Assembly (NCBI RefSeq): GCF_900111905.1
Contig: NZ_FOKM01000019.1
Coordinates: 57,172-121,171, forward strand
Source: Rhizobium sp. NFR07
GTDB taxonomy: Bacteria > Pseudomonadota > Alphaproteobacteria > Rhizobiales > Rhizobiaceae
Direction: 5' to 3'
DNA length: 64,000 nucleotides
Within the stretch, counting starts at the first letter, position 1, and each line of letters opens with the position of its first letter. The position numbers were made by a program, and so were the translations under genes. Below the pieces are notes generated by a model that saw only the letters and a program-made list of their open reading frames with translations, had not been told where the DNA came from and did not search any database. Of the stretch, positions 1 to 10,461 are shown piece by piece.

Positions 1-87
1 TTCAAAAGCTATTTCGAGATACTCCTGGATAGCTTTGTCGCTTGTGAGAAGTGCGCTTGGGTCCCACGCAGTTGTTTCGATAGCCAT
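1..87 (-). CDS. HigA-family addiction-module antidote protein (XRE-like antitoxin), N-terminal part only; gene continues past the left window edge
   Basis: Reverse-strand translation from ATG at 87 reads MAIETTAWDPSALLTSDKAIQEYLEIAFE..., typical of the HigA/antidote family; start codon abuts the toxin stop (TGAATG). Confidence 0.5.
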   Translation of the reverse strand, partial: MAIETTAWDPSALLTSDKAIQEYLEIAFE

Positions 88-374
88 TCAGACCTCCTTC
101 GCCATCTCTATGGCGCGTTTGATATCTCGATCCTGCGAGCCCTTATTGCCGCCGGAAAGCAGGATCACCACTTCCTTGCCTTGCTGGACAAAGTAGACGC
201 GATAGCCGGGGCCGTGATCAACACGTAGTTCACCGATGCCGCTAAAATACTTGGCGTCACCGAACAGACCGACGCCAAGACGATCAATCCGCTTCTGGAT
301 GCGAAGCTGGGCGGTACGATCCTTGAGGACAAGAACCACCTGGCGAATACATCTGTTTGGCGGATTTCAATCAT
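88..374 (-). pseudogene. HigB/RelE-ParE family toxin (addiction module killer protein family), apparently frameshifted
   Basis: ORF 165..374(-) begins MIEIRQTDVFARWF (family N-terminus) then goes out of frame; ORF 88..339(-) carries the rest of the fold (LKDRTAQLRIQKRIDRLG...GPGYRVYF...ILLSGGNKGSQ) in another frame starting at an internal GTG. Confidence 0.55.
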
Positions 375-479
375 GTGTAACCTTTAGATTACGGGTGCTG
401 CCTCGTCAAGGAGAGTGTGAACTATAGGTTACGGATGTCAGCTAAGCTACCTTGGTGATAAGCAGGTACCGAGCACGAT

Positions 480-1050
480 AATTTCAAGTCCGTCATCGTC
501 GAACTGGTCGAAGTCGGGTTTCAGATGCGGACGTAGTTTCTGCGCCAGCGTCTTGTCATCGATGGCTTCTCCATAGAAATCTCCTCCTGTCAGCGTCGAT
601 TGAACTTTCCCTTGAACTCAGCATCTCCATGGTAGCACGGATGGCCGCTGATAGACTGAGGCGGCCGAGTTGAAGCGGCCCACAGCCTCGTTAGGCACGA
701 AAAAGATTTGCATCTGCCGCGCGTCAGCGACTGCCTGTAGGGTCGCAGCCTCCGGGTTGATTTCAGCACACTCGAGAAGAGAAGTATCGGCCTAGTCGAG
801 GCAATCAGTGCCCGAGGTCACGTGAGACATCAACGCAGCTTTTCTCAAAGCTCTGCCTTGCTTCAAAAATGACAGCACGTCTCGCACCTACTGATTGTGC
901 ATGATTATATCGGATGAAAATATTAAGATTTATTAGGCCTGCGATATCGGTGCCTGAGATGAATTTAGCTACATAAAATACCAGAAATATGAAGTTAAAA
1001 TCATTTTTGTCCTTTCGGAGCCCGCTGACCTTGTGGACACGCCGATGCAA
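480..1050 (-). pseudogene. Degraded gene remnant split over three reading frames (unknown family) in AT-rich DNA
   Basis: Three consecutive protein-like minus-strand segments in different frames (…ARRAVIFEARQSFEKSCVDVSRDLGH*, …ECAEINPEAATLQAVADARQMQIFFVPNEAVGRF…, …GGDFYGEAIDDKTLAQKLRPHLKPDFDQFDDDGLEIIVLGTC…), none with a proper start codon. Confidence 0.25.
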
Positions 1051-1288
1051 AGCATGGGCCGGTCAGGCATGAAACAGCGTATGAATAACGACAGTGGAGG
1101 CGCTTGCAGCCCTTGGCCAGCCGAGCGTAGTCGGCGCGTGGCACGTGATCTTTGAGGCGGCACCAAAATCCGCCGATGCTGTTTTCACACTCTTGAAATC
1201 ATGAACCGTTGATCTGAAAAGGACCGCCAAAGCCGCCCGCGGGAGTAAAACGAGCAGCGCGGTCTGCGCAAAATCGGCGAGAGAGCCC

Positions 1289-1325
1289 GAAAAGAAAAGG
1301 CGCCTGATCTTTCGATCGGCGCCTC
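1289..1325 (-). terminator. Rho-independent terminator downstream of rpmG
   Basis: Inverted repeat AAGGCGCC...GGCGCCTT with an A-run on the plus strand (T-run on the minus strand) just past the rpmG stop. Confidence 0.5.
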
Positions 1326-1346
1326 TTAAAACCGGAAGATCAAGAA

Positions 1347-1514
1347 TTACTTGATCTTGGTTTCCTTGAATTCAACATGCTTCTTCGCGACCGGGTCATA
1401 CTTGGTCTTGGTCATCTTGTCGGTCATCGTGCGGCTGTTCTTCGTGGTAACGTAGAAGAAACCGGTGTCAGCCGTCGACAGCAGCTTGATCTTGATGGTC
1501 GTAGCTTTCGCCAT
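1347..1514 (-). CDS. rpmG: 50S ribosomal protein L33
   Basis: 55-aa product [55 protein letters not shown]; ATG at 1514. Confidence 0.9.
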   Translation of the reverse strand: MAKATTIKIKLLSTADTGFFYVTTKNSRTMTDKMTKTKYDPVAKKHVEFKETKIK

Positions 1515-1605
1515 GGTTGTTCTGCCTCTAAGAATAGGGAAGCCGCGGACGCCTATGTGCTCCACGGCTAAATCTGGCGCGAAATTACAAATCGCGCGCC
1601 AAAAG

Positions 1606-2790
1606 TCAACTCCGTTTTGGTCGGAAAAACGGGCGGCTGAGCGCGATAGCCACGTAAAAGCCGAAGAAAGCCGCCAGCGCCCAGGCGAAACCGCTATTGC
1701 CTGCCACGTCCATGGCGGCACCGATGCTCTGCGGACCGGCCACGGTTCCGACCGCATAGCAGAAGATGAAGGCCGCGTTCGCGGCCGCCAGATCGGCTCC
1801 GCTCAGGCGCGATCCGAGATGCGCAAGGCCTACGGTATAGAGCCCCGAGACGCATCCACCCCAGAAGAAGAGGATGACGGCCATGAGGATCCAGTTATGG
1901 ACGAGCATCGGAAGTGCAAGCGATCCGAGCACGCCGAGCACAGCCATGCCGGCGAGCAGGGGGCGTCTGTCACGCATTTTGTCTGAAATCAGTCCGAGCG
2001 GGATCTGAAACGCCATATTGCCGATGCCCATCACGGTGAGCAACACGGCTGCCTGTGATTCCTGCAGTGATTCGCGCAGCGCGTAGATCGGAAACAGCGA
2101 GAGACCGCCGGCCGAAACCGCGCCGAAGGCGAAGACCGCCGCGGTCGCAGTGGGCACCAGGAAGATGTAGTGGAAGAAGTGACGCTCGGGCTTGGTGTCG
2201 AGCACCGGGCTTTCATGCCGCGCGACGAAGATCGGGATGAGCGCCATCAGGATGATGATCGCACCGACGAGGAAGGGCAGGATGCCGTCGCTGCCGAGCA
2301 GCGAGAAGAGCAATGGTCCCAGAGCAAAACCGACCGCAAGGACCGTCGCATAAATGCCGAGCACGAGGCCCCTGCGCCGCGGCGGTGCTGCCTCGTTGAT
2401 CCAGAATTCCGACAGGATGAACAGCGTCGTCGTCGCGCCATGGAAGGTGAAGCGCAGCGGAAACCACATCCAGAACGATTGTGCATAATAGAAGCCGATG
2501 GCGCTGACGGCTGCGATGACGACGGCGAACATCATCGTTCGGGCCACGCCGCAGCTATGGGCGAGCTTGGTCGTCAGCGGCGCGGCGAGCATCGAGGCAA
2601 TGCCGGCCATGGCGGCATTGAGACCGATCAGGGTCGAAGGAATGCCGCGCTTTTCCAGGATGATGCTGAGAAGGGGAAGACCGAGGCCGATCGCGATGCC
2701 GACCGCACTGATGGCGGCCGTGGCTGCGATCAGCGACGGCCAGTGGATCTCCTCGACATGGCCGTTCTCATCGGTCGTCGGCTGCGGCAT
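1606..2790 (-). CDS. MFS transporter
   Basis: 394 aa; ~12 predicted TM segments; MFS-like loop motif [20 protein letters not shown]. Confidence 0.8.
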   Translation of the reverse strand: MPQPTTDENGHVEEIHWPSLIAATAAISAVGIAIGLGLPLLSIILEKRGIPSTLIGLNAAMAGIASMLAAPLTTKLAHSCGVARTMMFAVVIAAVSAIGFYYAQSFWMWFPLRFTFHGATTTLFILSEFWINEAAPPRRRGLVLGIYATVLAVGFALGPLLFSLLGSDGILPFLVGAIIILMALIPIFVARHESPVLDTKPERHFFHYIFLVPTATAAVFAFGAVSAGGLSLFPIYALRESLQESQAAVLLTVMGIGNMAFQIPLGLISDKMRDRRPLLAGMAVLGVLGSLALPMLVHNWILMAVILFFWGGCVSGLYTVGLAHLGSRLSGADLAAANAAFIFCYAVGTVAGPQSIGAAMDVAGNSGFAWALAAFFGFYVAIALSRPFFRPKRS

Positions 2791-2800
2791 TCACTATTCC

Positions 2801-3487
2801 TTACAGTCGGCTTTGGACGAAACGCCCGTGACGCATGGAGTAAAAGGTGACGGGGTTCCCGAACGGGACAGACGGATCGGTCTTCATCAGATCTCTGACA
2901 TCCTCCAATACCGTCTGCGTAATCCGCGCGAGTTTCAGACCAGAAATTGTAGCGATGTCAACCCATTGCAAGTCCTGCAACTCGTCCGTATCGCCGAAAT
3001 ACGTCAGGTCAAAGACGCCGTCCTGGCAAAACGCAAGAAAGAAGCGGGTATCGTAACGTCTTATGTGGCCCGGCGGTGTGATGGCGCGGCTGACATAGCG
3101 CAACTGGCCAAGATCAGGCCCAGCTTCACCGGCCGGGACTATCCCGGTTTCCTCGCGAAGTTCACGCAATGCCGCAAGCGCCAGAGCGCGGGCACGCGCC
3201 GGCATCATGCCGCGAGGGCGGTCACCCGTCAGTTTGGCGAGTACGAGCGGATGAAGGTCGCGGCCGAAGGGCAGGGCATGGTCGCCGCGATCGCGGCGGC
3301 CGCCCGGAAACACATAGACATCCGGCATGAAGACATGGGCACTGGCGCGCCGCCCCATCAGGACGCGCGGTGTCGATCCATTACTGTCGATGAGGATGAG
3401 GGAGGCAGCATCGCGGGGACGCACGCCGATATGGAACTCGCGGCCATCCACCACGTATTCGAGGGGAGACGTATCTGCCGGTTTCAT
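2801..3487 (-). CDS. NUDIX hydrolase
   Basis: Nudix box in product (...ALRELREETGIVP...). Confidence 0.75.
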   Translation of the reverse strand: MKPADTSPLEYVVDGREFHIGVRPRDAASLILIDSNGSTPRVLMGRRASAHVFMPDVYVFPGGRRDRGDHALPFGRDLHPLVLAKLTGDRPRGMMPARARALALAALRELREETGIVPAGEAGPDLGQLRYVSRAITPPGHIRRYDTRFFLAFCQDGVFDLTYFGDTDELQDLQWVDIATISGLKLARITQTVLEDVRDLMKTDPSVPFGNPVTFYSMRHGRFVQSRL

Positions 3488-3933
3488 GGCAGGGGGGCGC
3501 CGCGTCCCGGATCGTTGTCGTCATCGACACCGCCGAAGCCGTGCATGCGGTTGGCCCATTGCAGGCCGATGACGCCACCCTTGATGGGCTGGATGGTGAC
3601 AAGCGCGGCAAGCACCGCAAGCGGCACCCAGATCGCCATATGGACCCAGGGCGACACGCGCCAGACCATGTCGGTGAGCATATAGCCCGTCATCAGCACA
3701 TGGCCGACGACGACGATGACGAGATAGGCCGGCAGATCGTCCGCTCGCTGGTGAGTGTAGTCCTCGCCGCAGACGGCGCAGCGGTCAACTGGCTTGAGGA
3801 AAGCCCGAAACAGCCGGCCTTCACCGCAATGCGGGCAGCGGCACAGGAGGCCGCGCTTGATCGATTGTCCGAGATGACGGTCGGGCGCGCGGCCGCCATA
3901 TTTCACGGTCGATCCGGCGCGCTCGTCCATCAC
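3484..3933 (-). CDS. DUF983 family zinc-ribbon membrane protein
   Basis: CPHCGEGRLF...CAVCGE double CxxC motif followed by hydrophobic segments, as in DUF983 proteins. Confidence 0.65.
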   Translation of the reverse strand: MMDERAGSTVKYGGRAPDRHLGQSIKRGLLCRCPHCGEGRLFRAFLKPVDRCAVCGEDYTHQRADDLPAYLVIVVVGHVLMTGYMLTDMVWRVSPWVHMAIWVPLAVLAALVTIQPIKGGVIGLQWANRMHGFGGVDDDNDPGRGAPLP

Positions 3934-6309
3934 CTATCTCCTGCGGCCGCGGGGCGGGCGGGTGCCCGGCTTCTTCGGCCCACCACCCGGCCTGTTGCGG
4001 CGACCGGCCTTGTGGAAGGAACGCGTCGCGGTCGGCAGTTTCTTGCCTTCGCTCAGCATCTCGAATTGCAACGCACCGGCGAGCGGCACGGCAGCTTTCA
4101 GCCGCACATCGACGGTATCACCGAGCTGGTAGCCGAGACCGGTGCGTTCGCCCGACAGTGCCTGATGCGCCTCGTCATAGATGTAGTAATCCTGCCCGAT
4201 CGTCGAGATCGGCACGAAACCGTCGGCGCCATAGGTCGGCAACGAGACGAACAGGCCGGCCTTGGTGACGCCGGAAATGCGACCCTCGAACTCTTCGCCG
4301 ATGCGTGTTGAAAGATGGTGGGCGACGAGACGATTGACGGTATCGCGTTCGGCTGCCATCGCACGGCGCTCGAAGGTCGAGATTTCGGCGGCGATATCGT
4401 CGAGCTGTGCTTCTTCTTCTGGCGTGATGCCGCCTTCGCCCAAGCCGAGCGAACCCACCAGCGCGCGATGCACGATGAGGTCGGCGTAACGACGGATCGG
4501 CGAGGTGAAATGCGCGTATTTCATCAGATTAAGGCCGAAATGGCCGATGTTTTCTGGGCTGTAGATCGCCTGGCTCTGGGAGCGCAGCACCATCTCGTTG
4601 ACCATGATCTGGTGTGGCGTGCCTTCCGCCTGCGACAGGATGCCGTTGAACGAGTTGGAGCGCATCTGGCCGCCCTTGACCATCGAAATGCCGAGCGTGT
4701 GGAGAAACTCGCGCAGCGTCTCCTGCTTGGCAAGCGACGGGCCGTCATGGATGCGGTAGATCAGCGCCTGGCGCTTCTTCTCCAGCGTCTCGGCGGCGCA
4801 GACATTCGCCTGGATCATCATCTCTTCGATGAGCTTGTGGGCGTCGAGACGCTCCGGCACGAAGACCCGGTCTACGGTGCCGTCGGGCTTCAGCAGGATC
4901 TTGCGTTCCGGCATGTCGAGCTCGAGCGGCTGGCGGCGGTTGCGGCCAACCGTCATGATCCGGTAGGCGTCCCACAGGGGCTTGAGGATCGGTTCGAGCA
5001 GCGGTCCGGTCTTGTCATCCGGTTTGCCGTCGATCGCGGCCTGTGCCTGCTGGTAGGAGAGTTTCGCCACGCTCTTCATCATGACGCGATGGAAGGTATG
5101 ACCCGCCTTGCGGCCTTCCTTGGAGAAGACCATGCGTACGGCCATGGCCGGCCGGTCCTCGCCTTCGCGCAAAGAGCAGAGGTCGTTGGAAATCCGCTCC
5201 GGCAGCATCGGCACGACGCGGTCGGGGAAATAGACCGAATTGCCGCGCTTCAAAGCTTCGCTGTCAAGCGGAGACTTGGTACGCACGTACCAGGAGACGT
5301 CGGCGATCGCGACGGTGACGATCACGCCGCCCGGATTGTCGTCAGACGTGTCCGGCTCGGCATAGACGGCGTCGTCATGGTCCTTGGCGTCGGCGGGATC
5401 GATCGTCACCAGCGGCACGTCGCGCCAGTCCTCGCGCTTCGACATGGAGGCGGGCTTCGCAGCCTCCGCCTCGTCCATCACCTGCTTTGGAAAGATATGG
5501 GGAATGCCGTGGGAATAGATGGCGATCATCGAGATCGCCTTTTCGGATGCGACCGAGCCCACGACCGAAAGCACCCGGGCACGCGGCAGGCCGAACCGGC
5601 CGGACCGTACGGTTTCGCTCTCGACCAGGTCGCCGTCCTTGGCGTCTCCGAGGCCATCGGGCTCGATCACCATTTCCTCGCCGCGCCGGTCGGTCGGCAG
5701 CAGGCGGATTTCACCGTCGGCCAACTTGTGGACGACGCCGAGCGTCGCGCCACGGCGCTTGTCGATCACCTTGATGACGCGTGCCGTGTAGGCGGGACCG
5801 GTGCGATCCTTGTTCGGAAAAATCTTTGCGAGGATGCGGTCGTTGAGCCCGGCTGCCGGCGTCTTGCCCTTGCCGCGTTGCTCGTTGGACTGGCGGATCA
5901 GCACGGCCGGTGCCGCGCCCTGATCCTCGGGCCATTCCGCCGGACGGCCGATCAGTTCGCCATCCTTGTCGCGGGTGGTGATGTCGAGGACTGTAACCGG
6001 GGGCAGGGCGCCGGGGCGGGTCAGAGACTTGCGGCCTTTCTTCAGCAGCCCTTCGTCTTCGAGCTGGCGAAGCAGATCCTTCAGCTCGACGCGTGTTTCA
6101 CCCTTTAGGCCAAAAGCCTTGGAGATCTCCCGCTTCGACGCCTTGTCCGGATTGTCGGAGATGAACTCAAGCAGGACTTCGCGCGGAGGGATCACGCCCT
6201 GGATGATGGCGGGCTTGCCCTTGGAGCCGGTGGACATGCCACGCTCGGCTCGCTCAGTGCGCTTCCGCTGGCGGTGCGATCTGTTGCCGTCGTCCTGCTC
6301 TTCGCTCAC
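3934..6309 (-). CDS. rnr: Ribonuclease R (3'-5' exoribonuclease) with basic C-terminal tail
   Basis: 791 aa; RNB-domain and S1-like regions recognisable; Arg/Lys/Gly-rich C-terminus (…KKPGTRPPRGRRR). Confidence 0.9.
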   Translation of the reverse strand: MSEEQDDGNRSHRQRKRTERAERGMSTGSKGKPAIIQGVIPPREVLLEFISDNPDKASKREISKAFGLKGETRVELKDLLRQLEDEGLLKKGRKSLTRPGALPPVTVLDITTRDKDGELIGRPAEWPEDQGAAPAVLIRQSNEQRGKGKTPAAGLNDRILAKIFPNKDRTGPAYTARVIKVIDKRRGATLGVVHKLADGEIRLLPTDRRGEEMVIEPDGLGDAKDGDLVESETVRSGRFGLPRARVLSVVGSVASEKAISMIAIYSHGIPHIFPKQVMDEAEAAKPASMSKREDWRDVPLVTIDPADAKDHDDAVYAEPDTSDDNPGGVIVTVAIADVSWYVRTKSPLDSEALKRGNSVYFPDRVVPMLPERISNDLCSLREGEDRPAMAVRMVFSKEGRKAGHTFHRVMMKSVAKLSYQQAQAAIDGKPDDKTGPLLEPILKPLWDAYRIMTVGRNRRQPLELDMPERKILLKPDGTVDRVFVPERLDAHKLIEEMMIQANVCAAETLEKKRQALIYRIHDGPSLAKQETLREFLHTLGISMVKGGQMRSNSFNGILSQAEGTPHQIMVNEMVLRSQSQAIYSPENIGHFGLNLMKYAHFTSPIRRYADLIVHRALVGSLGLGEGGITPEEEAQLDDIAAEISTFERRAMAAERDTVNRLVAHHLSTRIGEEFEGRISGVTKAGLFVSLPTYGADGFVPISTIGQDYYIYDEAHQALSGERTGLGYQLGDTVDVRLKAAVPLAGALQFEMLSEGKKLPTATRSFHKAGRRNRPGGGPKKPGTRPPRGRRR

Positions 6310-8990
6310 GTATCCGTCTTCTTCGTCTTTGCAGCGGTTTTCTTGGCCCCAGCCGTTTTAGAGGGGGCCTTCTTGGCGGCAGCCTTCTTCGGCGCGGACT
6401 TTTTCGTATCGCCGTCAGCCTTGGCGGCAGCCTTTTTCGGCTTGGCCTTGGACTTGGCCGGTGCGGCCTTTCCACCCTTTTCGATGATCAGCGCCATGGC
6501 CTGTTCCATCGTAACCGACTGCGGGTCCATGCCCTTAGGCAGGGTCGCGTTGACCTTGCCCCAGTTGACATAAGGACCGTATTTGCCGTCGCGCACGGTA
6601 ACCGAACCGCCATCCGGATGGTCGCCGAGTTCCTTCAGCGCCGCCGGTGTTCCGCGGCCACGGCCGCCCGGACCCTTGGCAACCTTTTCGGCCAGCACGG
6701 TCACGGCGCGGTTGAGACCGACCGAGAACACGTCTTCGATGGACTCGAGATTGGCATAGGTGCCGTCATGCAGCAGGAACGGTCCGTAGCGACCGAGGCC
6801 GGCCGATATCATCTTGCCGGTTTCCGGATGCGGGCCGACGTCGCGCGGAAGGCTGATCAGCGACAACGCCTTCTCGTGGTCGATGTCTTCCGGCTTCCAG
6901 CCCTTCGGCAGCGAGGAGCGCTTGGCTTCCTTGCCGTCTCCGCGCTGGATATAGGGTCCGAAACGGCCCGACCGCAGCGTCAGCGGCTCGCCGGTCGTCG
7001 GATCCTCGCCGAGCGCCTTCGGCTCGTTGAGGCCGGATGCATCCGCCTCCGCACCGCCTTCGGAGGAAAGCTGGCGGGTGAAATTGCATTCCGGATAGTT
7101 CGAGCAGCCGACGAAGGCGCCGTACTTGCCGAGCTTCAGCGATAGGTTGCCGGTGCCGCAGACCTGGCAGATGCGCGGATCCGAACCGTCTTCCCGCTTT
7201 GGGAAGACCAGCGGCGCGAGTGCTTCGTTCAGAGCATCGAGCACGTTGGTGACTCTCAGTTCCTTGGTGTCCTCGATCTGGGCGAAGAAGTCCTGCCAGA
7301 AGTCGCGCAGGACCTGCTTCCAGTCGAGCTCGCCGGCGGAAATCTTGTCGAGCTTCTCTTCAAGGTCGGCTGTGAAATCGTATTCCACATACTTGGTGAA
7401 GAAGCTTTCCAGGAAGGCAGTGACGAGCCGGCCCTTAGAATGCGGGATCAGTTTGCGCTTTTCGGTGACGACATATTCGCGGTCGGACAGCGTCTTCAGC
7501 GTCGCGGCATAGGTGGAGGGCCGGCCGATGCCGAGCTCTTCCATCTTCTTGATCAGCGATGCTTCCGAATATCGCGGCGGCGGCTCGGTGAAGTGCTGGC
7601 TGGCATTCACCTTTTGTCTGTCGAGCTTCTCGCGGGCGTTGATTTCCGGCAGGCGGCCGTCCTCGTCGTCATCCTCGGACTTATCGTCCTCGTCGCGGCG
7701 ATCCATGTAGGCGCTAAGGAAGCCGTCGAAACGGACGACGGAACCGACAGCGCGCAGGCCAGCCTTATCCGGACCGTTTGCGGCGATGATCTCGACCGTG
7801 GTGCGCTCCATTTCGGCCGACGCCATCTGGCTGGCGATGCCGCGCTTCCAGATCAGCTCGTAGAGGCGTGCCTGGTCGGCATCGAGGAACTTGCGCACCT
7901 GGTCAGGCGTGCGGTTGAAATCGGTCGGGCGGATCGCTTCGTGGGCTTCCTGGGCGTTCTTTGCCTTGGTGGAATAGAAGCGCGGCTTTTCCGGCAGGTA
8001 GCGGTTGCCGAACTGATCGACGATGGCGGCACGCGCAGCATCGATCGCCTCGGGTGCCATCTGCACGCCGTCGGTACGCATATAGGTGATGAGGCCGACC
8101 GTCTCGCCGCCGATATCGATGCCTTCATAGAGCTTCTGTGCCACCTGCATGGTGCGGGAAGCGTTGAAGCCGATGTTGGAAGACGCTGCCTGCTGGAGGC
8201 TCGACGTGGTGAAGGGAGGGCCGGGATTACGCTTGACGGGCTTTGCCTCGACGCTCTCCACCGCGTAAGCCGCACCTTCAAGCAGTGTCTTCAGGCGGTT
8301 CGCATCGTCGCCGGTCTTGATGCCGCGCGGCTGGATCCGCTTGCCGTCCGCCTGGACGAGCTTGGCCTCGAATTCGTCGCCGCGCGGCGTTTTCAGGAGA
8401 GCCGAGAGGTTCCAGTATTCTTCGGAGACGAAACGCTCGATCTCGTTTTCGCGGTCGCAGACGAGGCGCAGCGCAACGGACTGGACGCGACCGGCGGAGC
8501 GGGCGCCCGGCAGCTTGCGCCACAGGACCGGCGAGAGGTTGAAGCCGACGAGATAGTCGAGGGCACGACGGGCTAGATAGGCATCGACCAGAGGCACGTC
8601 GATGTCGCGCGGTGCGGCCATGGCATCGAGCACGGCCTTCTTGGTGATGGCATTAAAGACAACGCGCTTGACCGGCTTGTCGCCGAGCACCTTTTTCTTC
8701 TTCAAGAGATCGAGCACGTGCCAGGAAATGGCTTCACCCTCGCGATCCGGGTCGGTCGCGAGAAACAGGCCATCGGAGCCCTTCACGGCATCGGCAATAT
8801 CCTTCATGCGCTTCTGCGACGCACTGTCGACCTCCCAGGACATTTCAAAGTCCTGGTCGGGAAGCACCGAGCCATCTTTCGCGGGAAGATCGCGGACGTG
8901 ACCAAAAGATGCGAGAACCTTATAGCCCGAGCCAAGATACTTATTGATCGTCTTGGCTTTGGCTGGAGATTCTACGACGACAACATTCAT
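6306..8990 (-). CDS. topA: DNA topoisomerase I with Lys/Ala-rich C-terminal tail
   Basis: MNVVVVESPAKAKTINKYLG... TOPRIM N-terminus; likely start ATG at 8990 (ORF-track start 9146 is an upstream extension); KKAAAKK-rich tail. Confidence 0.9.
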   Translation of the reverse strand: MNVVVVESPAKAKTINKYLGSGYKVLASFGHVRDLPAKDGSVLPDQDFEMSWEVDSASQKRMKDIADAVKGSDGLFLATDPDREGEAISWHVLDLLKKKKVLGDKPVKRVVFNAITKKAVLDAMAAPRDIDVPLVDAYLARRALDYLVGFNLSPVLWRKLPGARSAGRVQSVALRLVCDRENEIERFVSEEYWNLSALLKTPRGDEFEAKLVQADGKRIQPRGIKTGDDANRLKTLLEGAAYAVESVEAKPVKRNPGPPFTTSSLQQAASSNIGFNASRTMQVAQKLYEGIDIGGETVGLITYMRTDGVQMAPEAIDAARAAIVDQFGNRYLPEKPRFYSTKAKNAQEAHEAIRPTDFNRTPDQVRKFLDADQARLYELIWKRGIASQMASAEMERTTVEIIAANGPDKAGLRAVGSVVRFDGFLSAYMDRRDEDDKSEDDDEDGRLPEINAREKLDRQKVNASQHFTEPPPRYSEASLIKKMEELGIGRPSTYAATLKTLSDREYVVTEKRKLIPHSKGRLVTAFLESFFTKYVEYDFTADLEEKLDKISAGELDWKQVLRDFWQDFFAQIEDTKELRVTNVLDALNEALAPLVFPKREDGSDPRICQVCGTGNLSLKLGKYGAFVGCSNYPECNFTRQLSSEGGAEADASGLNEPKALGEDPTTGEPLTLRSGRFGPYIQRGDGKEAKRSSLPKGWKPEDIDHEKALSLISLPRDVGPHPETGKMISAGLGRYGPFLLHDGTYANLESIEDVFSVGLNRAVTVLAEKVAKGPGGRGRGTPAALKELGDHPDGGSVTVRDGKYGPYVNWGKVNATLPKGMDPQSVTMEQAMALIIEKGGKAAPAKSKAKPKKAAAKADGDTKKSAPKKAAAKKAPSKTAGAKKTAAKTKKTDT

Positions 8991-9442
8991 TTTTGTTTCT
9001 CTGTATAGAGCAGGGCCCGAAAGTGATGGTGATCCAGGCGACGTTTGACTTCCCGACATGGAGGGCGTTTGTGCCGCGGTCAAGGCCCTAAGTGAAAATA
9101 GCGCTTTCTGTGGCGCAATCATGGGATGCGGATGGCTTGTCTGCAATCAACTCGATCAAGCGCCAGCTTCACAGTGAGGCTTCTTTCGAATCGAGACTGT
9201 CAGCGGTGGTCCACCCCCAGCTCGATTATCCATCGCAGGGCGATCTTGGTCATGGTTTGGGCTGGCCGGCAGCCGCTGTTGTCGCCGAGGCATACTTGCC
9301 TCAGAGCTGCAAAAGACGCAGCACCTCATCTACCTTTTGGCGCGCCGGTCTGTGCCGGGTTTGGGTGACCGGCTCGTCCAACGGAATCTTGCACCAGGAT
9401 TAGGTATCGCAAGGTCGAAGGAGGTATTCCCAGCTTCTGCAG

Positions 9443-9459
9443 GTTCCGGCAATGTTAGC
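9443..9459. repeat. Direct repeat copy 1 (GTTCCGGCAATGTTAGC) bracketing the serine recombinase gene
   Basis: 11-nt exact match GTTCCGGCAAT plus flanking TAGC with 10489..10505. Confidence 0.4.
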
Positions 9460-9631
9460 ACTGGCCAGCGCGCCACTCCCACATTCAGACGTCCAGATTT
9501 CGCATGGCGATTATCGTCATCTTAGGCTACGATCTTTGGACTGGCGTTGAACGTTGCTCGTGATGTCGCCCAGTCAATTTTTAGATGAGGTTATCGAGCT
9601 AACGATCCAATGTTACCTTAGGGGGCTACAA

Positions 9632-10240
9632 ATGGCAGGCTACGAAATTGGTTATTCGCGCATATCGCCGATTAGCCATTCTGCAGACCTGGAGGCCCAA
9701 GCAAAAGATCTGGCCGGCGCCGGTTGCCAAAGGATCTTCAGGGAAGAAGTTGTATCCTCAGATCCAAGTCGCCCGCAAATGAACAATGCCTTGGATGCCA
9801 TTGGTTCGGGCGACACATTGGTCGTGACGAAACTCGACCGGCTTGCAAGGTCGATGGCCGATCTTATGGATATCCTGGCAAGACTAAAGGTTAAAGGTGC
9901 ACAGCTTCGCGTTTTAGCGCTCAACCTGGATACGGGAACACCGCAAGGCGAACTAATGGTCGATATGATGCGATCCATCGCCCAATTCGAACGGGATCTC
10001 GTGATCGAACGGCAGCGGGAAGGTATCGCCAAAGCCAAAGTCGAGGGTCGGTTTGTCGGCAGAGCGCCAACTGCGAGGCGAAAGACCGACGAGGTCATGC
10101 GGTTAAGTGAGCAAGGCCATAAGGCCCGCGCTATAGCAAACCAGCTCAAAATAAGCGAAACCAGCGTCTTTCGTATTCTCCGCTCTATGTCTTCAACGGC
10201 CAAACCTGCGACTGCGGATAGAACGCCAAATATGCAATGA
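9632..10240 (+). CDS. Small serine recombinase (resolvase/invertase family) with C-terminal HTH
   Basis: GYSRIS catalytic-serine motif, DRLARS motif, C-terminal HTH (ARAIANQLKISETSVFRIL); SD AGGGGG 9 nt upstream of ATG 9632; region looks lower-GC by eye. Confidence 0.75.
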   Translation: MAGYEIGYSRISPISHSADLEAQAKDLAGAGCQRIFREEVVSSDPSRPQMNNALDAIGSGDTLVVTKLDRLARSMADLMDILARLKVKGAQLRVLALNLDTGTPQGELMVDMMRSIAQFERDLVIERQREGIAKAKVEGRFVGRAPTARRKTDEVMRLSEQGHKARAIANQLKISETSVFRILRSMSSTAKPATADRTPNMQ

Positions 10241-10461
10241 AGCGCAACGAGACTCCGCGGGCGTTTCGGCCAGCTTAATCCGTAGACACGGCTGACGCGA
10301 ACCCGAAAAGCTCATATCATAATACTTTGCCGTTAAAATCATTTGACGTTGCCGGGGCATGCTGTGCCAGCATTTTGAAAGGATCGGCTGAACGAGCGGT
10401 CCTTTGCGTCTCGCCTCTCAATCCTGTGCCATTCGCTTTCAGGGCGGGCTCCGATACGGAT

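Noticed and set aside
4315-6108. 597-aa plus-strand ORF
   Set aside because: Antisense within rnr (RNase R), which has clear conserved domains.
7440-8576. 378-aa plus-strand ORF
   Set aside because: Antisense within topA.
9092-9403. 103-aa plus-strand ORF upstream of the recombinase
   Set aside because: Overlaps the topA start region, has poor coding character and no SD.
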